Shown here in pieces: positions 47,501 through 59,580 of a DNA stretch of 64,000 bases. The stretch covers positions 41,604,001 through 41,668,000 of the forward strand of contig CM059432.1 in NCBI GenBank assembly GCA_030390025.1, written 5' to 3'. Both the position numbers and the translations under genes were made by a program. Position 1 is the stretch's first letter; every line of letters begins with the position of its first letter. Origin of the DNA: Squalus acanthias. Lineage: Eukaryota. Below the pieces are notes generated by a model. That model did not search any database, had not been told where the DNA came from, and saw only the letters and a program-made list of their open reading frames with translations.

Positions 47501-50500
47501 ATCTGATTCCCTGACCTTCACCGCATGGAGCCATGGAAAGCGTTGTTGGGTACTGCACATGCGCAACCTGATGCAATTTTAACTTTGAGTTGCGCTGAAT
47601 TCTGGACCTGCCAGAGAAAACTGATGGCAATCAGGAGCGGTGCCAGAAGACACCCAGGAAGGTAAATTTTAATTATTTTTTATAATTTCCTTGTGGGCCT
47701 GGAGGAGCAGAAGGAGGGCTAGAAACAGCCTGCTTTGCAAACTCTGCTCACAGCTGATTATGTTTATGGTTTATGAAAGAGGGTACTTTCATACGGTTCT
47801 AAAGGAGTGACTGGAAAGGTTTGTTATAAAACATCAACGGACATTCAAATAGAAAGCACCAAGAATTCAGCGTCTAACAGTCACATAACTGAACAAAGAA
47901 CATCACCAGAAATCATTCCCAAAACACGATAGGAAATTACCCAAAGAAATCATTTTGCTGGTGGGATAAATAAATCCGTCTAGTTCAGGAGGACCCTCAA
48001 GTGCAGGCTGTGATCTGTAATGATTTACTCACCCAGTTATCAGCCAAGACTGCAGTGGAACCTGAGCCTCAGTATGTGCCTCTTGGCTCCGCTCGAAGGT
48101 GACTGGCTGAAGGTCAATCAATTTACCGGCATAAACACAGGCGAGCGCCCGGTACAAGCGAGGCCCCACCCGGCTCTGGGTCCCCTGCCCTTGGACAGTG
48201 GGGTCTTTCCCGGCAACAATTCAGGCAATCAAACACGTTCAAATTTGCCCTCACAAGTCACAGATCCGGAGCAGGTCAGGCTGGGTTTGGGTTCGTGTCT
48301 CCACTTGATCCGTAGCGCGGGTTGGAGTAGCGGGGAAGAAAGTACACAGGCACAAGTGGCAGGTGCGAAGCTCTACTTTTCTCCTGGGTTGCTCGCAGCA
48401 GCGTCCAGGAGGTTTATGTGTCACCCAGGAGAATCCTGGACAATCCAGGAGGGTTGGCAACTCTACCCGTCTTACACATTTTCTGAGAAAACCTTTAAGT
48501 ATATAGCAGTTAGCCTGTCACATAATGCCACCCACAGGCTCAATACCACTCAACATTTTTAATATATAACTGGCCAATCCCCTGTAGGTCGCTGGAGGAT
48601 GTCAGAGCAGTGTCGACGGCTAAAAGAAGCAGCTGTACTGATAGAACCAATGATGCAAGTACTTTAAATAAAAGGGGCTGGGAGAGAGTAGATTGGGTGG
48701 GGGAATCGGAAAGAGATGGGGAGGGGAGGAGATGGGGTGTGTGAAGAGGGTATGTGGAGGAATGGGGAAAAGAATCATAGAATAGTACTGCACAGGAGGA
48801 GGCCATTCTGTCCATCCAGTCTGCACCAGCTCTTTCGAAGAGCAATCCAGTTAGTCCCACTCCCCCGCTCTTTACCCATATCCCTGCAATTTTTTCTCCT
48901 TCAAGAATTTATCCATTTCCCTCTTGAAGGCTACTACTGAATCTGTATCCTATCAGGCAGTGCATTCTAAATTCTAACCACTCATAAGAACATAAGAAAT
49001 AGGAGCAGGAGTAGGCCATTCGGCCCTTTGAGCCTGCTCCGCCATTCAATGAGATCATGGCTGATCTTCTGCCTCAATTCCATTCACTGGCCTTATCGCC
49101 ATATCCCTTGAAGCCCTTACTAGTCAGAAATCTATCAACTTCTGTTTTGAATGTACCCAATGACTGAGCCTCCGCAGCCCTCTGGGGTAGAGAATTCCAA
49201 AGATTCACCACCCTCTGTGTGAAGAAATTTCTTCTCATCTCAGTCCTGAATGGCCTACCCTTTATCCTGAGGCTGTGGCCCCTGGTTCTAGACTCCCCAG
49301 CCAAGGGAAACATTCTCCCAGCATCCACCCTATCAAGCCCTGTAATCATTGTGTGTGCTTCAATGAGATCCCCTCTCATTCTTCTGAATTCAAGAGAATA
49401 CAGACCTAGTTTACTCAATCTCCTCTCATACGACAGTCCCGCCATCCCAGGAATCAATCTCGTGAACCTTCATTGCACTCCCTCTATGGCAAGTATATCT
49501 TTCCTTAGGTAAGGAGACCAAAATTGTACACAGTACTCCAGGTGTGGTCTCACCAAGGCCCTATATAATTGGAGTAAGACTTCTTTACTCCTGTATTCAA
49601 ATCCTCTTGTAATGAAGGCCAGCATACCATTTGCCTTCCTAATGGCTTGCTGCACCTGCACATTCACTTGCAGTGACTCATGTACAAGGACACCCAGGTC
49701 CCTTTGAGCATCTGCATTCCCCAATCTTCACCATTTAGGAAATACTCTGCCTTTCTGTTTTTTCTACCAAAGTGGATAACTTCACATTTATCCACATTAT
49801 ATTCCATCTGCCATGTTCTCGCCCACTCACTGAGCCTGTCGAGATCCCCTAGAAGCCTCTTCACAACTGACAGTGTAGGGGGTGGTGTGGTAGGGGTCAG
49901 CCTCACCTCTGACTCAGTGAGTGGTTCGAATCGCTCCCATGACCCTGGTTCTAGACCTTGGACTTATTTGGGGGTTGTGAACAAAGATGCAGTAGACAAC
50001 AGGTTTGGACGAAAGAGTTTTGACTTTATTAAAAAGAAAAAGGTAACAAACTTAAAACACTCTTAATGCTTAAACACAGGTTGGGGAATACATTGGTACA
50101 AGCGAGGGAAATAACCTTAGAAGAATACTTCACCCCTCCCAATCCCACTTCTGGACTCTGGAGAACCAGAGATAATGCTCACCAAACGAATCCTTGACAG
50201 TTGAGAGTTAGGGTTTAGAGTCTTTTGAGTAAAAAGTTTCGTAAGGCCCTTGTTGCCGCGAGGTGTCCGATGGTCACTGAGGCAGTCGCTCTGGTTTCTT
50301 GTGTGTTGGTCTGCTTGTGAAGTTGTCGGCCTTCTTTGTTGAACTTCTTGCTGTAACTCTGCCTCTGTTTAAACTGTCTTCTTCCGAGCTGTGGAACTGC
50401 CTTCTTGCAGAGATGTGGAAACTGCCTTCTGCCTGCTTGTCCTGAACTCTAACTCCAGCCCTGACTTCTTGCTGAAAAACAGGCTTTTCGATTGAACTGC

Positions 50501-51009
50501 AGAACTGCCTTTTGTTGAACTTGAACTGTAACTGTTGATGGGCCTTCACTTATACTAAATTGAAGTGGCCTTGTCAAAACCAAATCAAATCCTGGTCATT
50601 GTAAGACCTCGTTAACAGTAACGACTTTACTAGCGTGTTAACTGGTTTTGTAAATGTGTGAAGTGGTTTCCGGATAGCTCCATCCTGTCAATCTGTTGTT
50701 TAATCGGAGTTTGCATTGTCCTCATGTTTTGGGTTTCTTGACTGGGCCTAGGACTCCTATCTTTATGCATGTCTTTAATGGGTTCTGTAAGTGTCAAATG
50801 TTTTTTTTTTTGGGATGGTTTGCATCCTGTCGATCTTCTTGGCTGATTGGTTTTTGATGGGATGAGACAGTCAAAATGTTAATGCTTGCTGGGGCTTGAA
50901 TGAGGTCATCCCGATTCCCCAGACAATGCAATTTAACTGCAATACCCAAAACTGCTTTTACAGAGGTCGACCCCATCTCCTGTGCAGCCTTTTCTCCCTT
51001 ACAGGTCCA

Positions 51010-54000
51010 GACATAGAACATAGAACAGTACAGCACAGTACAGGCCCTTCGGCCCTCGATGTTGTGCCGAGCATTGTCCGAAACCAAGATCAAGCTATCC
51101 CACTCCCTATCATTCTGGTGTGCTCCATGTGTTTATCAATAACCGCTTGAAAGTTCCTAAAGTGTCCGACTCCACTATCACAGCAGGCAGTCCATTCCAC
51201 ACCCCAACCACTCTGAGTAAAGAATCTACCTCGGACATCCCTTCTATATCTCCCCCCATGCACCTTATAGTTATGCCCCCTTGTAACAGCTACATCCACC
51301 CGAGGAAATAGTCTCTGAACATCCACTCTATCTATCCCCCTCATCATCTTATAAACCTCTATTAAGTCGCCTCTCATCCTCCTCCACTCTAAAGAGAAAA
51401 GCCCTAGCTCCCTCAATCTTTCCTCATAAGACCTCCCCCCCAAACCAGGCAGCATCCTGGTAAATCTCCTTTGCACTCTTTCCAATGCTTCCACATCCTT
51501 CCTATAGTGAGGTGACCAGAACTGCACACAATATTCCAAATGTGGTCTCACCAAGGTCCTGCACAGTTGCAGCATAACCTCACGGTTCTTAAACTCAAAC
51601 CCCTTGTTAATAAACGCTAACACACTATAGGCCTTCTTTACTGCTCTATCCACTTGAGTGGCAACCTTCAGAGATCTGTGGATATGAACCCCCAGATCCC
51701 TCTGTTCCTCCACGTTCCTCAGAACCCTGCCGTTGACCCTGTAATCCTTATTCAAATTTGCCCTACCAAAATGAATCACCTCGCACTTATCAGGGTTAAA
51801 TTCCATCTGCCATTTTTCGGCCCAGCTCTGCATCCTATCAATGTCTCTTTGCAGCCTACAACAGCCCTCCACCTCATCCACTACTCCACCAATCTTGGTG
51901 TCATCAGCAAATTTACTGATCCACCCTTCAGTCCCCTCCTCCAAGTCATTGATAAAAATCACAAACAGCAGAGGACCCAGCACCGACCCCTGTGGCACAC
52001 TGCTGGTAACTGGTCTCCAGTCCGAAAATTTTCCATCCACCACCACCCTCTGCCTTCTATGAGATAGCCAGTTACTTATCCAATCGGCCAAATTTCCCTC
52101 TATCCCACAACTCCTTACTTTCTTCATGAGCCGACCATGGGGAACCTTACTAAAATCCATGTATACGACATCAACTGCTCTACCTTCATCTACACACTTA
52201 GTTACCTCCTCAAAGAATTCAATCAAATTTGTTAGGCAAGACTTACCCTTCACGAATCCGTGTTGACTATCCCGGATTAAGTTGCATCTTTCCAAATGGT
52301 CATAAATCCTATCCCTCAGGACCTTTTCCATTATCTTACCAACCACCGAAGTAAGACTAACTGGCCTATAATTACCAGGGTCATTCCTATTTCCTTTCTT
52401 GAAGAGAGGAACAACATTCGCCACTCTCCAGTCCTCTGGCACTATCCCCGTGGACAGTGAGGACCCAAAGATCAAAGCCAAAGGCTCTGCAATCTCCTCC
52501 CTTGCCTCCCAAAGAATCCTAGGATATATCCCATCTGGCCCAGGGGACTTATCGACCCTCAGGTTCTTCAAAATTGCTAAAACATCTTCCCTCAGAACAT
52601 CTACCTCCTCCAGCCTATCCACCTTTATCACACTCTCATCCTCAAAAACATGGCCCCCCTCCTCGGTGAACACTGACGAAAAGTATTCATTCATCACCTC
52701 TCCTATCTCTTCTGACTCCATGCACAAGTTCCCACTACTGTCCTTGACCGGCCCTACCCTCACCCTGGTCATTCTTTTATTTCTCACATGAGTAAAAAGC
52801 CTTGGGGTTTTCCTTGATCCGACCCGCCAAGGACTTCTCATGCCCCCTCCTAGCTCTCCTAAGCTCTTTTTTTTAGCTCATTCCTTGCTACCTTGTACCC
52901 CTCAATCGACCCAACTGAACCTTGTTTTCTCATCCTTACATACGCTTCTTTTTTCCTCTTGACTAGACATTCAACCTCTTTTGTGAACCATGGTTCTCTC
53001 ACTCGGCCATTTCCTCCCTGCCTGACAGGGACATACCTATCAAGGACACGCAGTAATTGCTCCATGAAAAAGCTCCACTTTTCGTTTGTGCCTTTCCCTG
53101 ATAGTTTCTGTTCCCATCTTATGCTCCCTAATTCTTGCCTAATCGCATCATAATTACCCCTCCCCCAATTATAAACCCTGCCCTGCCATATGGCCCTATC
53201 CCTCTCCATTGCAATAGTGAAAGTCACCGAATTGTGGTCACTATCTCCAAAGTGCTCTCCCACATACAAATCAAACACTTAGCCCGGTTCATTACCCAGT
53301 ACCAAATCCAATGTGGCCCCACCTCTTGTCGGCCTATCCACATATTGTGTCAGGAAACCCTCCTGCACACACTGTGCAAAAACTATCCCATCCGAACTGT
53401 TTGACCTATAAGGTTCCAATCAATATTTGGAAAGTTGAAGTCACCCATGACAACTACTCTGTGACCTCCACACCTATTCATAATCTGCTTTGCAATTTCT
53501 TCCTCCACATCTCTATTACTATTTGGGGGCCTGTAGAAAACTCCTAACAACATGAACGCTCCTTTCCTATTTCTAACTTCAGCCCATATTACCTCAGACG
53601 GCAGATCCCCCTCAAACTGCCTTTCTGCCGCTGTTAAACTATCCTTGATTAACAATGCTACTCCTCCACCTTTCTTACCACCTTCCCTACTCTTACTGAA
53701 ACATCTATACCCCGGAACTTCCAACAACCATTCCTGTCCCTGTTCTAACCATGTCTCCGTAATGGCCACCACATCGTAGTCCCAAGTACCAATCCACGCT
53801 CCAAGTTCTCCTACCTTATTCCGGATGCTCCTTGCATTGAAGTAGACACACTTCAAGCCACCTTCCTGTCTGCCGGTATATTCCTGCGACCTTGATATCC
53901 TCCTCAGTACCTCCCTACACTCACCACTGGCTCCTGGACTACAGCCCTTTTTCCCATCCCCCTGACAAATTAGTTTAAACCCCCCCGAAGAGCTGTAGCA

Positions 54001-55010
54001 AATTTCCCTCCCAGGATATTGGTGCCCCTCTGGTTCAGGTGCAAACCGTCCTGTTTGTACAGGTCCCACCTTCCCCAGAATGTGCTCCAATTATCCACAT
54101 AACTGAAACCCTCCCCCCTACACCATCCCTGCAGCCACGTGTTTATCTGCACTCTCTCCCTGTTCCTCAACTCGCTCGCACGTGGCACCGGCAACAAACC
54201 AGAGATTACAACATGGTTTGTACTGGCTCTCAGCTTCCAACCTAGCTCCCTAAATTCCTGTTTTAAATCCCCGTCCCTTCTCCTACCTATGTCATTGGTA
54301 CCGATGTGTACCACGACTTGTGATTGTTCCCCCTCCCCCTTGAGGATTCTGAAAACACGGTCCGAGACGTCACGGACCCTGGCACCCGGGAGGCAACATA
54401 CCATCCATGAGTCTCTTTTGCTGCCACAGAACCTCCTATCTGTCCCTCTGACTATTGAGTCCCCAATAACTATTGCTCTCCTGCTCTCCCCCCTTCCCTT
54501 CTGAGCCACAGGGACGGACTCAGCGCCGGAGATCCGGTCACCGTGGCTTACCACTGGTAGGTCGTCCCCCTCAACAGTATCCAAAGCGGTATACTTGTTA
54601 CTGAGGGGAACGACCACAGAGGATCCCTGCACTGACTGCTTCCTCCTAACCCCTCTCACCGTCACCCATCTATCTTCATTCTTTGGAGTAACTACATCCC
54701 TGAAACTTCTATCTATGACCACCTCTGCCTCCCGAATGATCCGAAGTTCATCCAGCTCCAGCTCCAGTTCCCTAATGCGGTTTTCGAGGAGCTGGAGATG
54801 GGTGCACTTCCCACAGGTGTAATCAGCAGGGACACCGACGGCGTCCCTCACCTCAAACATTCTGCAGGAGGAACATTTCACTGCCTCCCCTGACATCCCC
54901 CCCAGCTAACTTGCGGATTAAACTAGAACAAGAAAGAGCTTACCTGATATTCACTCACCCCCTTTAGGTTAGAGGAGGTGGAAGGGTGGGGGACACTACA
55001 AGTGTAGTGT
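51010..55010 (-). mobile_element. Near full-length CR1 LINE (distinct family, TTCTATG tail) nested in the LTR
   Basis: Tail CATAGAACATAGAAC at about 51011; ORF2 in several frames (51090-52841, 52859-53278, 53383-54090); ORF1 53970-54896. Confidence 0.92.
53970..54896 (-). CDS. CR1 ORF1 protein (zinc finger, leucine zipper, SGNH esterase), intact 308 aa
   Basis: CSSC...CGKC, LENRIRELELELDEL, IVIGDSIVRG, VHIGTND, DGLHLN. Confidence 0.88.
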   Translation of the reverse strand: MSGEAVKCSSCRMFEVRDAVGVPADYTCGKCTHLQLLENRIRELELELDELRIIREAEVVIDRSFRDVVTPKNEDRWVTVRGVRRKQSVQGSSVVVPLSNKYTALDTVEGDDLPVVSHGDRISGAESVPVAQKGRGESRRAIVIGDSIVRGTDRRFCGSKRDSWMVCCLPGARVRDVSDRVFRILKGEGEQSQVVVHIGTNDIGRRRDGDLKQEFRELGWKLRASTNHVVISGLLPVPRASELRNRERVQINTWLQGWCRGEGFSYVDNWSTFWGRWDLYKQDGLHLNQRGTNILGGKFATALRGGLN

Positions 55011-55491
55011 CTTTTAAACATGTCTTTTAAAATGCCAAAACTTGGTTTTTGGTCTTAAATTCCTTATGTTAGGCCCAAATGCATTTTTATCACTCTGGGG
55101 TAGTTCCAAAGTCCTTTTTCCTTAGGTTTTGGGGATCTGCAAATTTTGGAAACCTTACAACTGCCACCTAGCTTTGAGTCATCAGCAAATTTGGAAATGT
55201 TACATTTAGTCCCCTCATCCAAATCATGATATAGATTGTGAATAGCTGGGGCCCAAGCACCGACCCTTGCGGTACCCCACTAGTCACAGCCTGCCATCCT
55301 GAAAAAGACCCGTTTATCCCTACTCTTTGTTTTCTGTCGGTTAACCAATTCTCAATCCATGCTAGTATATTACCCCCAATTCCATGTGCCCTAATTTTGT
55401 TCATGATGCGGAGATGCCGGTGTTGGACTGGGGTGGACAAAAGTGAGAAGTCGCACAACACCAGGTTATAGTCCAACAGTTTTATTTGAAA

Positions 55492-55528
55492 TCACAAGCT
55501 TTCGGAGCGCTGCTCCTTCGTCAGGTGA
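55492..55528 (-). ncRNA. Minimal type-I hammerhead ribozyme motif (family B)
   Basis: UCAC-CUGACGA-A-GGAGC-AGC-GCUCC-GAAA-GC-UU-GUGA. Confidence 0.75.
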
Positions 55529-55531
55529 AGT

Positions 55532-55569
55532 TCACCTGACGAAGGAGCAGCCGCTCCGAAAGCTTGTGA
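55532..55569 (+). ncRNA. Minimal type-I hammerhead ribozyme motif (family B)
   Basis: UCAC-CUGACGA-A-GGAGC-AGCC-GCUCC-GAAA-GC-UU-GUGA. Confidence 0.75.
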
Positions 55570-55786
55570 TTTCAAATAAAACTGTTGGACTATAACCTAA
55601 TTTTGTTCACCAACCTCTTGTGTGGGACCTTATCGAAGGCCTTCTGAAAATCCAACTACACCACATCTACCGGTTCCCCTTTGTCTACTCCACTAGTTAC
55701 ATCCTCAAAGAACTCCAATAGGTTTGTCAAACAGGACTTCCCTTTCATAAATCCATGTTGACTCTGCCCAATCTTACTATTAGTTT

Positions 55787-55964
55787 TGATGCGGAGATGC
55801 CGGTGTTGGACTGGGGTGGACAAAAATGAGAAGTCGCACAACACCAGGTTATAGTCCAACAGTTTTATTTGAAATTACGAGCTTTCGGAGCTGCTGCCCC
55901 TTTGTCAAGCTCGTAATTTCAAATAAAACTGTTGGACTATAACCTGGTGTTGTGCAACTTCTCA
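55787..55964. mobile_element. Penelope pLTR hairpin insertion (family B)
   Basis: 13-bp TSD TTACTATTAGTTT (55774-55786, 55965-55977); inverted arms; degenerate hammerhead. Confidence 0.88.
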
Positions 55965-57259
55965 TTACTATTAGTTTCTAAGTGCCCAGTTATTGCATCC
56001 TTTATAATAGATTCCAGCATTTTCCCAACTACTGATGTGAGGCTTAACAGGTCTGTAGTTCCTCATTTTCTCTCTCCCTCCTTTCTTAAGTAGCGGGGTT
56101 ATATTTGCTATCTCCAATCTGCAGGAACCGTTCCAGAATCTATAGAATTTTGGAAGATGACAACCAATGCGTCCACTATCCCGATGGCCACCTCTTTCAA
56201 AACCCTAGGATGTAGGTCATCCGGTCCTTGGGATTTATTGACTTTTAGTCCCATTAATTTTGCTAGTGCTGTTTTTTTACTAATAATAATTTCTTTAAGT
56301 TCCTCATTCTCGCCACACCCTTGGTTTTCTTGTATTTCTGGGAGATTTTTTGGGAGGACAGAAACAAAGTATTTATTTAATTTCTCTGCCATTTCCTCAT
56401 TCCCTATTATAAATTCTCCCGTCTCTGACTGTAAAGGACCTTTGCCAGTCTTTTCCTTTTCACATACCTATAGAAGCTTTTACAATCCGTTTTTATATTT
56501 TTCGCTAGTTTGTGCTCATATTCCATTTTCCCCTTTCTTTATCAATTTCTTGGTCCCCCTTTGCTGATTTCTAAAAAGATCCCAATCCTCAGGCTGACCG
56601 CTTTTTCTGGCAACTTTATAAGCTTCCTGGCAACTATATAAGCTTCCTCATTGTGTAAATACGTTTTTCCTCCTGTTGCCTCTGGTTCTTTTGCCAATCA
56701 CCTTAAATCTGTGCCCTCTCATCAACCCTTCAGCCATTGGAAACAGTTTCTCTTTATTTACTCTATCGAAACCCTTCGTGATTTTAAACACCTCTATCAA
56801 ATCTCCTCCTTCTCTGCTCCAAGGAACAATCTCAGCTTCTCTAGTCTATCCATGTAACTGTAATCCCCCATATCCGCAGCTCACTGGTGGCATGTTAATG
56901 AGGCCCTGGCCTCAAAATGGCTTGGGATTCACACCAGCACCAACGGGCGGGCAGAGTTGCTGCTCTGCCGACTTTGTCCCCCTTTTGGGCGCTAACTGAA
57001 AATTGCCCCCACTGAATTTAACACAAAAAAAAAATCAATCAATGGATAAAGTCCTGGTGACAGAATAGTTTTTTTTTCCATGTATGGTGCACTGGATGCT
57101 TTTCTATACATTTAAATTAAGGAACATTTGTTATGTGAAAGATTCATAACATGAAGGTTACATACCAAGATTTGGAACAATGGTGAACTGCTGGCATAGG
57201 GCATAAGTGTAATGATCCAAGATTTAGTTGAGGATCCAAAAGCAATTTATGCTCTAGAA

Positions 57260-58530
57260 TAGGGTGACCATATTTTCAAAACCGAATCCGGGGACACACA
57301 GGGTGGGAGCACAGCAAAGTAACCAGGATGGAAAATGTAGGTTGCGCAGAGTAGCGAGGCAAAATATTTTAGCAGCCTATATTTTAAACAGTTGCACATA
57401 TATACTACAAATGTGCACATAATTACCTCGGATGTGACGTCACACTATTGAAGCACATTCAGACACAGTTTATAAATAATACAACACTGATCAGGAACGT
57501 CAGTTTTTCATACCCACTGTCTATACTGTAGGCATACACAGACCCTTAATTCTTAATTTCGATATATATTGAAATGCTTTGCCAGGCAAAAAGGTTTTTC
57601 AAAGTGAAATAAAGTTGTTGAATGTAACAAGCAGTCTTTCACTGATAAGGCAGGAAACATGGTTGTGACTGCAGGGGGTAGTCAGACAATAGAGAAAAAC
57701 AAACCTCCTTAGATTTTGCAGACATCGTGTCTCTGATGACTTTTTGGAGGTTAAAGGGGAGAAGTCAAACTTTTGAAGTTTTGGAATGCAGAATACGACG
57801 TAACTCATGAACTGTAACCAAATGGTTTTCTGCCACTTTTGTAAACTTTAGGAGTGAATGAACAATTTTGGGCTGTGATAAAGACAACTAATGGATAGCT
57901 ACACAGGATGTGAGAGTGTGAACGTTTGACTACTCAAACAGCTCAGACCAACATTAAAAAGAACATTTCACTATCTCTGAATGATTGATTTACTGCAAAA
58001 GGCAAGGAAAGCTGTATAAAACACAGTGGCTAAAGAATATCAGCACTGCAGTCAGAAGAAGGTGGTTTGGCCAGTCATTTCGCCTACAAGGATCAGGCTG
58101 CAGTCGGAAGGAGGGGCCTGGCCAGTCTTTTTGCTTACGAGGACCTACAATCAACGTTGGACCGATCATCGGCGGGTGGTTGTATGTATGATTTCTTGTA
58201 ATATTATTGGTGAACTGCTCGAATAGTGGTTGGGGTTTTGAATCTGTCTCAGGAACAATAAAAGGTTAAAGACAGAACCCGTGTGTCTGGTGTAATTTCT
58301 CATAAGTCTCAAGTCCGAACTCTAGAACCTGTTGGATGGGGCGAGGGGTAATTCCACACGTCTTACAGTACGGTCTATTCAGAAAATCTTTCTTCATATC
58401 ACGTCCCATGTCATCTATTTTTCACAGCTTTATTAATGATTGCTGTGCTATCTCTGCGTTTAAAGAAAACCGGCATGACAACTTTGTTGCTTCTGCTGGT
58501 GGAATATGTGTAGAGATTAACCTCCATCAA
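57260..58530 (-). mobile_element. hAT element end related to 95-1775 (internal extent uncertain)
   Basis: TAGGGTGACCATATTTTC...CCGGGGACAC terminus; about 58470-58537 is the reverse complement of about 1439-1506. Confidence 0.55.
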
Positions 58531-58634
58531 CCATCACTAGTCTTTGATGGTTTGCTCATGTTCCTATCTTTAGTTTGCACACGAATGACCGCAAAGTACA
58601 ACCAAGCAGCATCCAACCGTTAGTTCCAAGCTTT

Positions 58635-59075
58635 CTGTACACTGACCGACACCCAGCTCTACCTTTCCACTGCCTCTCTCAACACTGAGAGGTCGCACAA
58701 CACCAGGTTATAGTCCAACAGTTTTATTTAAAATCACAAGCTTTCGGAGCTATCGATCGCCCCTTCCTCAGGTGCATCATGATCTCTCAACACTGCCTTT
58801 GTGTTGTCAGATTGTTCGTCTGACATCCAATCCTGGATCAGCCAAAAATTCCTCCAATTAGGAATACCTAAGCCATTGTTTTCAGCCCCACCACAAACTT
58901 CATTCCTTGGCCACCGATTCCTTCTCTGTTCCCTGGCCACTATCTCAGATTTATCCAAATGATTTGCCACCGCAGTATCCCTGAACTGAGCTTCCAACTC
59001 CATAATCCTCTCCATCACAAAGACCACCCATTTCCACCTCTAACATTCCTCTCTCTGCTCCTGCTTCAGCCCACC
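58635..59075 (+). mobile_element. L2-like LINE RT remnant
   Basis: Degenerate YADDTQLYLST and LSDCSSDIQSWISQKFLQL-like sequence. Confidence 0.6.
58688..58782 (-). mobile_element. Short Penelope pLTR insertion (family B) with hammerhead at 58735-58774
   Basis: 13-bp TSD TCTCTCAACACTG (58675-58687, 58783-58795); CAC-CUGAGGA-A-GGGGC-GAUCGAUA-GCUCC-GAAA-GC-UU-GUG. Confidence 0.85.
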
Positions 59076-59580
59076 TTCCCTCCTATAGCTTTCAGAATTT
59101 TCTCGTATGTATTATGGAAATTCCAATGTTCATGCAAACATCAGGTAGATGGAGCTCACAGACTTGTTTGTCACAAAGATGAAGACCATCTGCTCATCTG
59201 CCTCTGCCACCCCCCCTGCAATCCCCTTGTCCACCAAGCCAAATCTCACCCAAGGCTCCCTTGTGCCCTAGCCCTGAACCCCTGTCTTTCTCTAGTTCTC
59301 CCTGACCTCCTGCTCTAACTATGTGAATGAAACCCACTTCCTGGCTCGCTTGACCCCATTCCTATTAAACTGTTAGCCACTAATGTACTACTAGTGTTTA
59401 TTTCAGTATCACTGTACAAGCTAAAAACAAAGACGAAAGGGCCTAAAAAATGAATCTGTGAGCTGTAAAGATTGATTAGATAAGAATAATCTACATATGC
59501 TAGAAAATTGAAACAAAATCAAACAACTCAATCAGCATCTATGAAAATAACTTTTTTTGGGACCAGAGTTCTTTAGGATC

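Larger units (their letters stand above)
49874..55159 (-). mobile_element. LTR (same family as 14461-15621), split by a CR1 insertion
   Basis: 49874 to about 50750 is the reverse complement of about 14810-15621; far end CCTTACA at 55159 matches the TGTAAG start; TSD not clean. Confidence 0.8.
55404..55597. mobile_element. Penelope pLTR hairpin insertion (family B)
   Basis: Inverted arms centred at 55530; TSD (CCT)AATTTTGTTCA at 55390-55403 and 55596-55609. Confidence 0.88.
48983..56648 (-). mobile_element. 5'-truncated CR1 (same subfamily as 30147-32290), split by an LTR and two Penelope hairpins
   Basis: Pieces 48983-49873, 55160-55403, 55598-55786 and 55965-56648 are collinear with the 30-32 kb copy. 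Confidence 0.9.
48770..56870 (-). mobile_element. Old CR1 3' fragment split into 48770-48982 and about 56650-56870 by nested insertions
   Basis: Tail AGAATCATAGAAT at about 48771; sequence resumes at TGTGTAAATACG after 56651; CTCAT duplicated at both junctions. Confidence 0.7.

Noticed and set aside
45345..47630. Four ORFs of 646-745 aa (Pro-rich or Gly/Arg-rich)
   Set aside because: They are translations of a stop-free minisatellite and are open in several frames on both strands.
48020..48562. 180-aa ORF
   Set aside because: No recognisable domain, and it runs through a probable hAT MITE end at about 48375-48462.
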